Assembly: GCA_046761065.1 (NCBI GenBank)
Contig: JBHIFL010000012.1
Coordinates: 1-64,000, forward strand
Direction: 5' to 3'
Length of the DNA: 64,000 bases
DNA from: Candidatus Heimdallarchaeota archaeon
GTDB taxonomy: Archaea > Asgardarchaeota > Wukongarchaeia > Wukongarchaeales > JBHIFL01
Position 1 is the stretch's first letter, and the number at the start of each line of letters is the position of its first letter. Below the pieces are notes generated by a model. It was not told where the DNA came from, did no database searches, and worked only from the letters and a program-made list of their open reading frames with translations. Shown here piece by piece: positions 17,089 through 27,396 of the stretch. The translations under genes were made by a program, and so were the position numbers.

Positions 17089-19668
17089 ATGATGCGAAAC
17101 CAAGGGACGTTGGTGCTCACCGAACATCGCAAACCAATGACTGTTCGCGTTTATTCGGTTCGCGTGGCGAATTTAAAGCGAGGGATAAGCCCCACGGAAG
17201 TGGGACGTGTCGAGTTTCACCTCCTTCGGGATAGATATCTTCGACCGACGACCTTCCACGTTGCAGCGCGGGGAAAGACCCAGCGGGTCTCGCCAGACAG
17301 GTTTGTCCGACTCCTGAAAGAAGCCACGAACATTCTCCTCAGCAACGGCATTCCAAGAGACTTAAGGGCACGAATCAGCGCGATGCTTAAGGAGTTCGCA
17401 GTTCCCGCGAAAATTGGAGTCATCCAATTATGTGAGTTCTGCTTGATCAAGGACAAACTAACGTGGATGACGGAACGGGGATATCAGGCATTGGGGCGGG
17501 AGGTGTGTGAGCGTTGTGCACTCAACGAGGTGGAACGCGAACTAAACCGCCTGCAGATCCCAATGGAAGCCGCAATACGCCGCATCGTGCGCCGTCTAAT
17601 GCGAAAAACACGAGATGTCGATATGATTATGCAGAACCTGCAACCCGGAGCAACACGCCCCATTCACCCGGAATTGACGTTATTCAACACTCGGAGTGCC
17701 TTGGACTTCAGAAAGCAACTTTCGTTAGAAAGCTTAACCCTTCCGCCTCCTGTTTTAGAGGCCATAAAACAAGAAAAGATCTCGAACTTGCTACCTATAC
17801 AGGTTCTCGCAATCCAGAATGGGTTGTTGGAAGGAAAAAACCTGCTTGTCCTTTCGGAGACGTCAAGTGGAAAGACGTTGGTAGCAGAACTGGCGGGGAT
17901 CCCCAAGGTTTGGCAGACCAGGAAAAAAATGGTCTATCTAAGTCCCCTTGTAGCGTTAGCGAACCAAAAGAGAGGGGATTTTGAGAAGCGGTATGGGCAG
18001 CTAGGAATCAAGGTAGCCCTTCGCGTAGGAATTTCGCGGATAGATATTGGCGAAGCACCACTTTTAATGGATGACACCGATATTTCGGGAGCGCAGCTTG
18101 TAATTGGGACATATGAGGGTATAGATTTCCTATTGCGAAAGGAGGGGCGGGCGGCATTAGAAGAGGTAGGAACCATTGTGGTGGATGAAGTCCAAATGCT
18201 TGCGGAGGAGGAGCGAGGCCCGGAACTCGATGGGCTCATCGCCCGAATGCGAACGCTATACCCCCAGGCTCAGATCGTCGCGCTATCGGCAACGGTCGGG
18301 AATCCAACACAATTAGCCCAGGAGCTTGGATTACAGCTCGTACACTTGGAAGGACGACCTGTGCCGCTAGAAGAACACCTCCTTGTGATCATGGATGACG
18401 AGGATAAACGCGTAAGAATTGTGGAACTCGTCAAGCGTGAATGGATGACCCGGAGTAGCTATGGCTTTCAAGGCCAAACGTTGATTTTTACGAACGCGCG
18501 AAGGAAAACTCACCAGATTGCGGCGAAGTTGCGAAAAGCGGGGCTAAAAGCCGCGGCATACCATGCGGGGTTCAGTTATGGACGACGAACACTTGTGGAA
18601 AATCGCTTTACGGCAGGGAAACTCCAAGCAGTAGTCGCCACGTACGCCCTTGGAGCAGGAATCGACTTCCCAGCGAGTTTAGTTATCTTTGAAAACCTCT
18701 GTATGGGAAACCGTTATCTAACCGTCTCCGAATTCACGCAGATGACCGGACGTGCGGGACGACTTGGGAAACACGATCGAGGGCGAGCCTTTCTTATAGC
18801 CTCCCCTGGACAAGGGTGTGCGGGATATCACGATTTAACCGAGACGACGGCGGCCTTAGAACTTCTGAATGGGAAAGTGGAATCCGTCTATCCGGAATAT
18901 GATGAAGAAGTCAGCGCAGAGCAATTTTTAGCGTGTTTAGCAGTTACAGGAACATTAACAGAAGCAGAACACGCGTATTCACAGCTTATAGGGAGGTCCA
19001 TAACAAGTAAGGAGGCGATTTCCAGATTAGAGAAGGAAGGGTTCATCACGTCGCAAAAGGGCGAATTCCGGATTACCCAATTCGGGAAGGCGTGTTCGGT
19101 GTCATTTTTCTCGCTCGCAACAGCCACCAAGGTCCGAAACGCGTTAGCACAGGGAATCGCCCCCCTAGATCTAGCCCTTGAGCTGCAGTCGCTCAAAAAT
19201 GTCTACATTGCCAATAACGTGCATTCTATACTCGAACGGACCTTTGGGACACGCTTTTCCACGCGTATCTTTACAGGTTCGATCTTGGATGTCATGGACG
19301 CCTCCCTCGGAGGGATGCACAAGCGATTACCCCCATGGGTGTTGAACCTGTTCAAAAAGTGGGCGCAGGCGTTCTTTGATTGTGATTGCGCCGAGAGGCC
19401 GTACTGTACCTGCGCACAGAAGAAACTGGGGAAGTATCTGGTAACTCTCCGGCTGCAAGGAACCACGCCTCGAAGAATGACCAATATCTTGCAGCGGGAC
19501 TACTCATTTTTTGTATATGAAGGCGACATTTTCGACTGGCTTGATGGCTTAGTTCATGTCCTTGATGGAATATCTCGAGTAGCGCAAGCGCTTGAACATC
19601 CCAAATGTGCAAAGGCCGCGGTAGAACAAGCCCGGTTTATTGAGAACCCGACTAACAAAGTGAATTGA
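17089..19668 (+). CDS. archaeal Ski2-like helicase (ASH-Ski2 type)
   Basis: TSSGKT, DEVQ, LSAT and QMTGRAGR; N-terminal CxxC pairs and C-terminal CDC...CTC. Confidence 0.9.
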   Translation: MMRNQGTLVLTEHRKPMTVRVYSVRVANLKRGISPTEVGRVEFHLLRDRYLRPTTFHVAARGKTQRVSPDRFVRLLKEATNILLSNGIPRDLRARISAMLKEFAVPAKIGVIQLCEFCLIKDKLTWMTERGYQALGREVCERCALNEVERELNRLQIPMEAAIRRIVRRLMRKTRDVDMIMQNLQPGATRPIHPELTLFNTRSALDFRKQLSLESLTLPPPVLEAIKQEKISNLLPIQVLAIQNGLLEGKNLLVLSETSSGKTLVAELAGIPKVWQTRKKMVYLSPLVALANQKRGDFEKRYGQLGIKVALRVGISRIDIGEAPLLMDDTDISGAQLVIGTYEGIDFLLRKEGRAALEEVGTIVVDEVQMLAEEERGPELDGLIARMRTLYPQAQIVALSATVGNPTQLAQELGLQLVHLEGRPVPLEEHLLVIMDDEDKRVRIVELVKREWMTRSSYGFQGQTLIFTNARRKTHQIAAKLRKAGLKAAAYHAGFSYGRRTLVENRFTAGKLQAVVATYALGAGIDFPASLVIFENLCMGNRYLTVSEFTQMTGRAGRLGKHDRGRAFLIASPGQGCAGYHDLTETTAALELLNGKVESVYPEYDEEVSAEQFLACLAVTGTLTEAEHAYSQLIGRSITSKEAISRLEKEGFITSQKGEFRITQFGKACSVSFFSLATATKVRNALAQGIAPLDLALELQSLKNVYIANNVHSILERTFGTRFSTRIFTGSILDVMDASLGGMHKRLPPWVLNLFKKWAQAFFDCDCAERPYCTCAQKKLGKYLVTLRLQGTTPRRMTNILQRDYSFFVYEGDIFDWLDGLVHVLDGISRVAQALEHPKCAKAAVEQARFIENPTNKVN

Positions 19669-19913
19669 ATCGATTGTAAGCGTAATCAGTTTTGATGCCA
19701 CTACAGATCTTCGACAAGATTTAGTTCATCAATTGAAAGTGTTGAACAACCCAGTCTCCCTGGTTTAGGTCTGGCGAGGAAGCCATTCAGGCGGTACTGT
19801 CGATTATAAGTAGAAGGCGATTACACGAGTCTTATGGGAAATAGTTAGATTTAAGCATCGATAGGTTAATCCAAGCAAATCTTCATTCAAGTGAAAAAAA
19901 TGATTTACCTAGG

Positions 19914-21167
19914 GTGAAAGAGATGCGAAAAGTCTCAGATTCCAAACTTCTAGCGTTATATGCCAGTTCCCACTACCTGATTCATTGTCCAACTCTGGTG
20001 TTTACAGCGCTAATCTTTCCGATTCTAAGACACTTTGAACTCGATTTTGTCCAATTTGGACTGGTTTTAACATTGAGAAACCTCGTTTCAGGACTCAGCT
20101 CCTTCCTCGGGGGGGCTCTCTCCGATCAGTTCAGTCAGAGAATCTTCCCGCCCCTTAGTATAATGATCATAGGAGGTGCGACGCTCATTATTGGGTTATT
20201 TGGAGGAACGAGCATATACCTGTTAGTAAGTTGCCTGATGGTTATGTCGTTCGCCACTGCGCTCTTCCATCCTTCCGGTATGACAACGATCTCTGATCGA
20301 TTTCAAAAAGGCCGGACTAAAGCTTTCAGTATTTTTTCATTAGGGGGGCAGGCCGGATTTGGAACAGGACCACTGACAGTTGCAGGATTACTATGGCTCG
20401 GGGGTGGGGTGTTACAGAATTGGCAACTGGCTTATCTCCTCTGGAGTGTACCAATCCTATGTATGAGTTTGATCATGGTAATTACTCATGCCAGAGATCC
20501 CACCATAGGAGTGAACACAAAGAGGGAAGCCGAAACAAGCCGGAAACCGAAAGTTTCAACTCGTCCTTCTGCGGCAACAACGAGTCTCTTCTTCCCAGCT
20601 TTTCTTATCCTGTTGGTTATCATGGCGATACGCGGGTTCGGGCGGAACCTATTTGAGCCGTATCTCGTACCTTTTCTCAAACAGGTGCGACATATCAGCG
20701 AAGCAACGGCGGTATTTTATTTATCCATGCTCACACTGATTGGACTGCCCGGAACAATTCTTGGTGGCCTCGGGGGAGACAAATACGGAGAAAAACGCGT
20801 TTTAAAATACGCGTATACATTGGCCGTGCTTGGTTTAATCCTGCTCCTCCTTCTTCGGAGCCCTATCCTCATCCCACTGATCATTTTCATTCTTGCGATA
20901 GGACAGAATGCCGCAATGCCCAATATCAACAGCTTGACGGCAAAAATTGTGCCACTGAGAGCAAGAGGAAAGGCTTATGGGCTTACATTTTTATTCCCGA
21001 TAATGCTGGGGAGTGTAGCTCCGACAGCGGCTGCGATTATCATTCGACAATTGGACTATATAGCGGTCTTTCTTCTCGCGATCGGTTTATATGTACTATC
21101 CATACTGCTGTTATTCGGTATTCATGAGCGTTCAGATACTAAAAAAGTATTAAAGCTAAATAAGTAA
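19914..21167 (+). CDS. MFS transporter
   Basis: About 12 TM segments; GALSDQF and GGDKYGEK loop motifs. Confidence 0.9.
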   Translation: MKEMRKVSDSKLLALYASSHYLIHCPTLVFTALIFPILRHFELDFVQFGLVLTLRNLVSGLSSFLGGALSDQFSQRIFPPLSIMIIGGATLIIGLFGGTSIYLLVSCLMVMSFATALFHPSGMTTISDRFQKGRTKAFSIFSLGGQAGFGTGPLTVAGLLWLGGGVLQNWQLAYLLWSVPILCMSLIMVITHARDPTIGVNTKREAETSRKPKVSTRPSAATTSLFFPAFLILLVIMAIRGFGRNLFEPYLVPFLKQVRHISEATAVFYLSMLTLIGLPGTILGGLGGDKYGEKRVLKYAYTLAVLGLILLLLLRSPILIPLIIFILAIGQNAAMPNINSLTAKIVPLRARGKAYGLTFLFPIMLGSVAPTAAAIIIRQLDYIAVFLLAIGLYVLSILLLFGIHERSDTKKVLKLNK

Positions 21168-21411
21168 GAGCTACAAGGAACCATAAAGAACTGTTCACAG
21201 GGCTTGCGTGATGAAATATAATACTCCTTTTCAAGAGAAGATTGCTTATTTTTCGCCTTAAAATTGAGATAGCCAACAGACGCGGGGATTGATTTAGGAA
21301 AATCAATGAGGTTATCACCTACTTATTTTCTCGACACAAGGACGAAAGATTTTAGAGAGTTCGTAAAAAATACCCCGTATCATGAGTTATTTTATCCAGA
21401 AGGGGTAAAAA

Positions 21412-22722
21412 ATGAGTCCTTTTAAAAGACCACAAATAGCCTTAGATCCGGACGAAATCCCTACAAAATGGTTCAATATCGCTCATTATATAGATATCCC
21501 CCCACCAAAAGAACCAGATCAGGCTCAACTGCCTGAACCAGACCCGCTAGAGGGTGAGAAACGGATCGATATGCTGCCCAAAATCTTAATTGGGGCATGT
21601 CTGGAAATGGAAGCGTCGACCCAGGAATGGATTCCAATTCCTGGGGAAGTCATCGACTTGTTCCTTCGCGTTGCACGACCACGACCTCTCATGCGCGCGA
21701 TAGGGCTGGAAAACGCTCTAAAGCTACCTGCCAACGTGAAACTGTTTTATAAGACTGAATTTTTCAGCCCCCCTGGCTCCCATAAACTCAATACCGCCCT
21801 TGCCCAAGTGTTTTTTGCGAAGAATGAAGGGTATTCCGGGGTTAGCACAGAGACCGGAGCGGGGCAATGGGGGTCGGCATTATCGTTTGCATGTTCCCTT
21901 TTGGAGATGGAATGCAAAGTCTTTTGGGTGCGTTCCGCGTATGAACGGTTTCCTGAACGGTTAAAACTTATGAACCTCTATGGGGCTAAAGTTAAGGCAT
22001 CCCCAAGTCACACAACGAAGATCGGCAGAGCCATGCTTGAAAAAGATCCTCATCATCCCGGATCCTTGGGGTTAGCGATTAGTGAGGGGTTGGAAGTTGC
22101 TAAAGAGCAGGGAGACGAAATAAGATACTTGTTAGGGAGTGTCCTTAACCATGTGTTGATCCAGCAGACAATCATTGGCTTGGAGGTCCAAAAACAGCTA
22201 GAACTTGGTGGGGAACAGCCCACCCATATGATAAGCTGCTTAGGAGGAGGGAGTAACTTTGGCGGCTTCACTCTGCCATTTGTTCCAACGGTGTTAAAGA
22301 AAAAAAGGGAGATTGAGTTTATTGCTGTCAATACAAAGGAGGTACCTAATCTTACAGGGACCTACCGTTATGATTTTGCGGATCATGCAAGTTTAACGCC
22401 AATGCTGAAGATGCTCACACTTGGGCATGAGTTTTCAATGCCGTCACTCCCCGCGGAAGGTCTCCTCTACCACGCTGCAGCACCGGCCATTTCAGTGTTG
22501 GTTCAACAAGGAGTTGTTACCCCAACGGCTTTAGAGTGGTCGATGGTGCAGGAAGGGGCACGATTATTCATTCGTAAGGAGGGATTCATTCCTGCTCCCG
22601 AATCGGCCTATGCAGTGGCCCAAGCCATCGAAACAGCCCAGGCAGCCAAGACCGCAAGGACCGAGGCAACAATTGTCTTTAACGTGTCAGGACATGGACT
22701 ACTTGGCCTCGATTCATTTTAA
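21412..22722 (+). CDS. trpB2: TrpB2-type tryptophan synthase beta-like PLP enzyme
   Basis: GSHKLN, TETGAGQWG, GSVLNHV, GGGSN, PAPES, SGHG. Confidence 0.92.
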   Translation: MSPFKRPQIALDPDEIPTKWFNIAHYIDIPPPKEPDQAQLPEPDPLEGEKRIDMLPKILIGACLEMEASTQEWIPIPGEVIDLFLRVARPRPLMRAIGLENALKLPANVKLFYKTEFFSPPGSHKLNTALAQVFFAKNEGYSGVSTETGAGQWGSALSFACSLLEMECKVFWVRSAYERFPERLKLMNLYGAKVKASPSHTTKIGRAMLEKDPHHPGSLGLAISEGLEVAKEQGDEIRYLLGSVLNHVLIQQTIIGLEVQKQLELGGEQPTHMISCLGGGSNFGGFTLPFVPTVLKKKREIEFIAVNTKEVPNLTGTYRYDFADHASLTPMLKMLTLGHEFSMPSLPAEGLLYHAAAPAISVLVQQGVVTPTALEWSMVQEGARLFIRKEGFIPAPESAYAVAQAIETAQAAKTARTEATIVFNVSGHGLLGLDSF

Positions 22723-23024
22723 CAAATAAGTCATTTACCACTAATTGTTAGGACGATCTGTTAGTTAAGCCATCACATTCTGAACAGCTATTTTTTTTCT
22801 TCCACTTGATTACTCCATCCTTCATATTAGTACTGATACAATTTTACTGTTGCATGATGTGAATGGGATCTTAGAGGCTGCGTTGTAAGAACTGTTGTGA
22901 TCTCCAAGGTGAGTGGGAGTGTGTTGGATCGCTAGGAAATCTCGGGGACGAACCATGAAGGTGGCAGCAATCAATCCGATGCTATGGATACTCTTAGAAC
23001 TTGCACATCATTACCTATTGCATG

Positions 23025-23693
23025 TCAGCTATCATTCATTTCTATTCGTTTAAAGATTTCAATCAGCCAAAACCCAGATTTTCGGTAAAAACATCGCTTA
23101 AAGTTATGAGCGTGCACCACAGCATGAACTCCCTCCTTAGGATGAACAAATAGCCGAAATTTCTTACGTTTCACCCATTGAAAGAAGTTATAAATAGCTG
23201 TATATCCCTTCGTCCACCAAACGTCTCGGGGGTATACCAATCCATATAAATTTCTAGCATGCGTGATACTGTTCTCAACCAGTGGTTCTAAGTAAGGATA
23301 ACAGCAGATGACGCGGTCAAGCGTAACCACATCAGCTATAGGAATGTTAGAGGCAAGATCAACATAATCCCCATGATGGAAACTTGTCCTATCCGTGAGC
23401 CCATGATGCTCTGCTTCTTCTTGTGCCGCTTCAAGATATGCAGAGGAGGTTTCAACATTGATAGCACTTGCCATTCCACTCTTTAACAACTCAAGTTGGA
23501 TAACACCCACTCCCCCACCAATGTCTAAAAGTGACAAGCCTTCGATACCTTCAGACTTGATATGATTAATTAACAAACGAGTTGTTTTAGTAGGACCATT
23601 CTTGCGATAATTACGTAATTCTTTCTGAACACTTTTCTGATCGATACCAGCCTCGATTGCTTCGCATTGAGGGCAAACCATGAAAAACACCAA
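23025..23693 (-). CDS. class I SAM-dependent methyltransferase
   Basis: LLDIGGGVG; DRVICCYP. Confidence 0.85.
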   Translation of the reverse strand: MVFFMVCPQCEAIEAGIDQKSVQKELRNYRKNGPTKTTRLLINHIKSEGIEGLSLLDIGGGVGVIQLELLKSGMASAINVETSSAYLEAAQEEAEHHGLTDRTSFHHGDYVDLASNIPIADVVTLDRVICCYPYLEPLVENSITHARNLYGLVYPRDVWWTKGYTAIYNFFQWVKRKKFRLFVHPKEGVHAVVHAHNFKRCFYRKSGFWLIEIFKRIEMNDS

Positions 23694-24052
23694 TTATTAA
23701 TCATTTCATTTCATTCTAAGAATATTTCCTTTAAAGATATGAATTGTTACAAATGAAGAAGAGAAAACGGCTCGCTGCAAGGGTAAGGACAAGAATTCGA
23801 GTTTGTTAAGTTAAAATTGAAAATCCTGAACAACCTCCTTTTCTTGAGAAAGAACTGTTTAGAGCTCCATCTGATGAAATACTTAATTATATTTACCGAT
23901 AGAACTGAAGCAGACGATCGTCTCACTCCTTTCCTACGACAGGTGATGGACTTGTCAACACTTCAGGTTTCAGACATCCTCGGTTCGCGACTTATCCTTC
24001 TGGTGTATTACTCTAGTTTTCTCTAGGAGAGAGGAGTTAGAATTGATTCGAC

Positions 24053-24683
24053 CTAGGAGTCTTCTCCTTCTGATCTACAATATTGCCGAGTATCCTCAGT
24101 TACACCCATCCATATGGCGTGACACTCTTGTAGGATCGCCAAGTGAACGCAGTGATGGCAGTGAGCAGTAGGATCGTCAGCCACAGTGGGAAGGGAGCCC
24201 AGACCTGCATCCCCAGTATGGCATCGGTCAGTTCCACGAACATGTAGATAGATGCCATGCGTTTGTGCGCAGGCGCAGCGTACCAATGCGCGGCGCAACA
24301 TCTGCTGGTACAGGGCTGCTGGCTTGAGCAAACAGAGCGTCTATCTGCGGTTGCAGATTAAAATGGACAAAGAGCAAGAGTACGGAAATGAGCAAGAGCA
24401 GCAAGAATTTCAATCCCAGCAGAGGGTACGTGACCAGTGCATCTAGCCCGAGTCCTCGCAGCAGCACCAGAGCCAGCCCAGTAGCTAGAACAGTAACCTG
24501 GAATACAACGCAGGGAATAGTATGATTCTTGATAATATTCTCCATGTAGGTGTCTACGCAGTCACCCAGGGGTTTGCCCAGCCGAACACGTTGGTTGACG
24601 GAAACGAGCGCGTAGGCAGGCCACGCCATAAGGATGGCGGTGATAACATGTATCACTCTTAGAATCGAGATTAAAACAGCCAT
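24053..24683 (-). pseudogene. membrane protein, probably frameshifted near its 3' end
   Basis: Hydrophobic ORF 24228-24683 loses protein-like character near 24260; hydrophobic coding appears to continue in another frame. The 3' boundary is approximate. Confidence 0.4.
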
Positions 24684-24929
24684 TTTAAGTTCTCCTTTAA
24701 AGCAGTATGATTTTGCAGAAAATTTCAGTGAATTAGGTACTAATTCCGAAATTTTTCTTGGGGATAATCAATACGGTAATTATTATAAATAAAGCAGTTA
24801 CCAAAAAGTAACCTTAATGCGCGAAAGTGGTTGTAAAAAGATTCTGGAGAGTAGATGAAGGTAACAATTGTCTTTAATATGTCAGAGCATAGAATACAAA
24901 AACCTGATTTACTTTGACTCGTCAGTTTC

Positions 24930-25370
24930 TTACGATTCTGATTCCGACTCCGCTGAAAGGAGCGAAACCGTAGCAAAACCCGCCTTAAAAGGCTTATCGC
25001 CGAAGCAATTTCGGAGATGAGTCAAAATTTTTTTGCTGATTTTACTTATAAAGGCTTCCTTCGTCATGGAAGCTCGATAGAGATAGTGGTACCCTCCTCG
25101 GATCGCCTCGAGGCGGCGTGTCACGAGCCCTTTTTTGAATAAGCGAGCCATCGTGATGTTGATTGTCGACACTTCAAGGATTTTCTTCCGTTTACGGTTT
25201 AAGATTTCAAGGAGTTCTCGATTCGTGAGTTCTTTGTTTCGAGTCCAGATGATCTCCATGAGCTCGGACTCAAGATCTCCTAAGACCGCACGGATTCCAA
25301 TTTTTTTTAGGTTGAACTCCTTGATTTCGAGGGGCAAGATGGGTCTCTCTAATACAAAATGCACTTGCAT
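24930..25370 (-). CDS. BlaI/MecI/CopY-family transcriptional repressor
   Basis: LGDLESELMEIIW...STINITMARLFKKGLVTR...YLYRA. Confidence 0.85.
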   Translation of the reverse strand: MQVHFVLERPILPLEIKEFNLKKIGIRAVLGDLESELMEIIWTRNKELTNRELLEILNRKRKKILEVSTINITMARLFKKGLVTRRLEAIRGGYHYLYRASMTKEAFISKISKKILTHLRNCFGDKPFKAGFATVSLLSAESESES

Positions 25371-25676
25371 AATTCAGGGTCTTCGAGAGATTAAACCCTT
25401 TCTTTTCAAAGGTGACAAAGAAACGTGAAGGAACTCTTGATAGACCCTTTGCTCCATTTTGCCTTGTTTTTTCCCTTTAAAAATCCCTATTAGGAATTTA
25501 TATCTTTCAATATTTGAGCTACTTAAAATATATGATGAAATAGAACTATCAGAAATCACCATTCCATTTCTTCGCATTGTTATAATTTGAATTCAAACTT
25601 TAAAGATCGAAACACCCACGAGTATTTGAGGGGTTATGTCAAACCCCCGCATCATAACGTAAGAAAGGAACTACAG

Positions 25677-26891
25677 CTAGAGCTCTTCGGCACTATAACT
25701 TTGGACTAACAATTCTGACCGGATTCGATCCTCAAGGATATCTTTCTCGGAGAGAAGCTGCCTTTCGAGCTTCTCTAAAGCCTGATAAAAGGCATCCTCA
25801 AGACCCCACCCATCACTACTACTAGTAAACAGAAATCCTTTGTGGGTTGAAAGGCGTGTTCGAACAGAATAGAGAAGTCTCTCGCGAAACTGTCGATTGT
25901 GCGTTTTAATATGGATGTGGAAGTCGCCCCCTCCAAGAAATTCCTGAAATTTCGCTAAGAAGTCTTGTGCTTCCTCTATAATACGCTCTCGATCCACTTC
26001 ATCAAACCCCCGCCCATTAACCGTTATGAAATATTCCGTCTCAACTGGTTTAACACTGAGGGGTTCGAGCAGATCCTTGATCGTGATGATCCCCTTAGCA
26101 CGATTTTGTTTATCCACGACAACAACACTTGATAACTGTCGTCCCATTTTCCGAATCACGTCCCGGAGGTTTGATTCTTCGGAAACGGTGACGACTGGAT
26201 GATTCATCTTTTCCTTGGCAGGCGCATGTAGAACTTCAAAGCTAAACGGACCAGTTTCTGCTGAAGTTTTCTCTTTCCTAACTGATATGAGCTCCCGCAC
26301 AAGATCATGCGCAGTTACGATCCCAACCACTTCGTCGGAGTCATTTACAACTGGAACTCGTGAAATATTCCACTCCCTGAACTTGTTGAAGATTTTAGCG
26401 ATGGATTCCTCTTCCGGCACTGTAACTACTTGCTTTGTCATCACCTCAGCGACAGGCACCTCCCCAAACTCTGTCGTACCTGCGAGCGCGAGTAAATCGA
26501 CATCCCGAATAATCCCAATAATTTCATCATCCTTGCTCACTGGAATTACTCGAAGGTTGTTCTCGAGTAGCAACCTCGCCACTTCTGTTAGCTCAGTCCC
26601 CGGATCAACAGTAGGGATGGATAGCATTACTTCATTGATTTTGATCTCTTCAGAGCGGAGTTGAAACTGTAAAAGATCTCTTTCACGGACAAGTCCCCGA
26701 AAAAGGTCTCGGTTAAAGACCAATAGCGCATGAGGATCTTTTTCAAGGTATTCTAAAGCTTTGGAAAGCTCATTCGCCTCATCAATTCTGAAATATTCTG
26801 ACGATATAGCATCAAACCCACTAAATTCCGCTAAATATGCCTTTTCCATAGCCAAAGTGCTGGTCTCCAAAAATAGTGAATACACAAACAA
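25677..26891 (-). CDS. four-CBS-domain protein with C-terminal HPF/RaiA-like domain
   Basis: Four CBS repeats (RVIPV, SRVPVV, SSVVVV...GIIT); C-terminal YSVRTRL...GWGLEDAFYQALEKLERQL. Confidence 0.75.
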   Translation of the reverse strand: MFVYSLFLETSTLAMEKAYLAEFSGFDAISSEYFRIDEANELSKALEYLEKDPHALLVFNRDLFRGLVRERDLLQFQLRSEEIKINEVMLSIPTVDPGTELTEVARLLLENNLRVIPVSKDDEIIGIIRDVDLLALAGTTEFGEVPVAEVMTKQVVTVPEEESIAKIFNKFREWNISRVPVVNDSDEVVGIVTAHDLVRELISVRKEKTSAETGPFSFEVLHAPAKEKMNHPVVTVSEESNLRDVIRKMGRQLSSVVVVDKQNRAKGIITIKDLLEPLSVKPVETEYFITVNGRGFDEVDRERIIEEAQDFLAKFQEFLGGGDFHIHIKTHNRQFRERLLYSVRTRLSTHKGFLFTSSSDGWGLEDAFYQALEKLERQLLSEKDILEDRIRSELLVQSYSAEEL

Positions 26892-27094
26892 ACGTAACTT
26901 AGGATTTCATGCTTTTGACAAATACGTTTGTGACGGATCTATATAAACAACCAATATTGGTATTCGGATAAGGAGCTTAAGACCCTTAAAATCCAAAGGT
27001 TTTGGAGGAAAAATGTTTTTTATTCTCAAATACCAAAATCATGAAAGAATGTAGAATCTGCATCGTTAAGAAAGTTGCAATTCACAGGAAAGAG

Positions 27095-27253
27095 TGGTCC
27101 CGGCCCCCGGATTTGAACCGGGATTTCAGCCTAGGAAACAAAATTCTCTAGGAACCTGACGGTTTCTTCGAGCGAGGGTTGACATCTCATCATTGCTCAG
27201 AGATGCGTTTCGCCACTACAGCCGCCCGCTCTGCCAGATTGAGCTAGGCCGGG
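27095..27253 (-). tRNA. tRNA-Tyr(GTA) with two introns and encoded CCA
   Basis: Acceptor CCCGGCC/GGCCGGG, C1-G72, A73; anticodon GTA at 27217-27219; T arm CCCGG-TTCAAAT-CCGGG. Introns at 27164-27215 (37/38) and 27124-27153 (47/48) leave a 77-nt mature tRNA. Confidence 0.93.
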
Positions 27254-27396
27254 TATCGTTTATTCCCTTATGGGACAAATATTAGTTTTGAACTTTTTCT
27301 TAAAAACTTCCCTTTCCTGACAACTAGGATGTTTATCGAGAAGAATTCTTTGAGAAATTTGCATTAAGGGTCCTGATAGCTTTCTTAAGATTTGGA

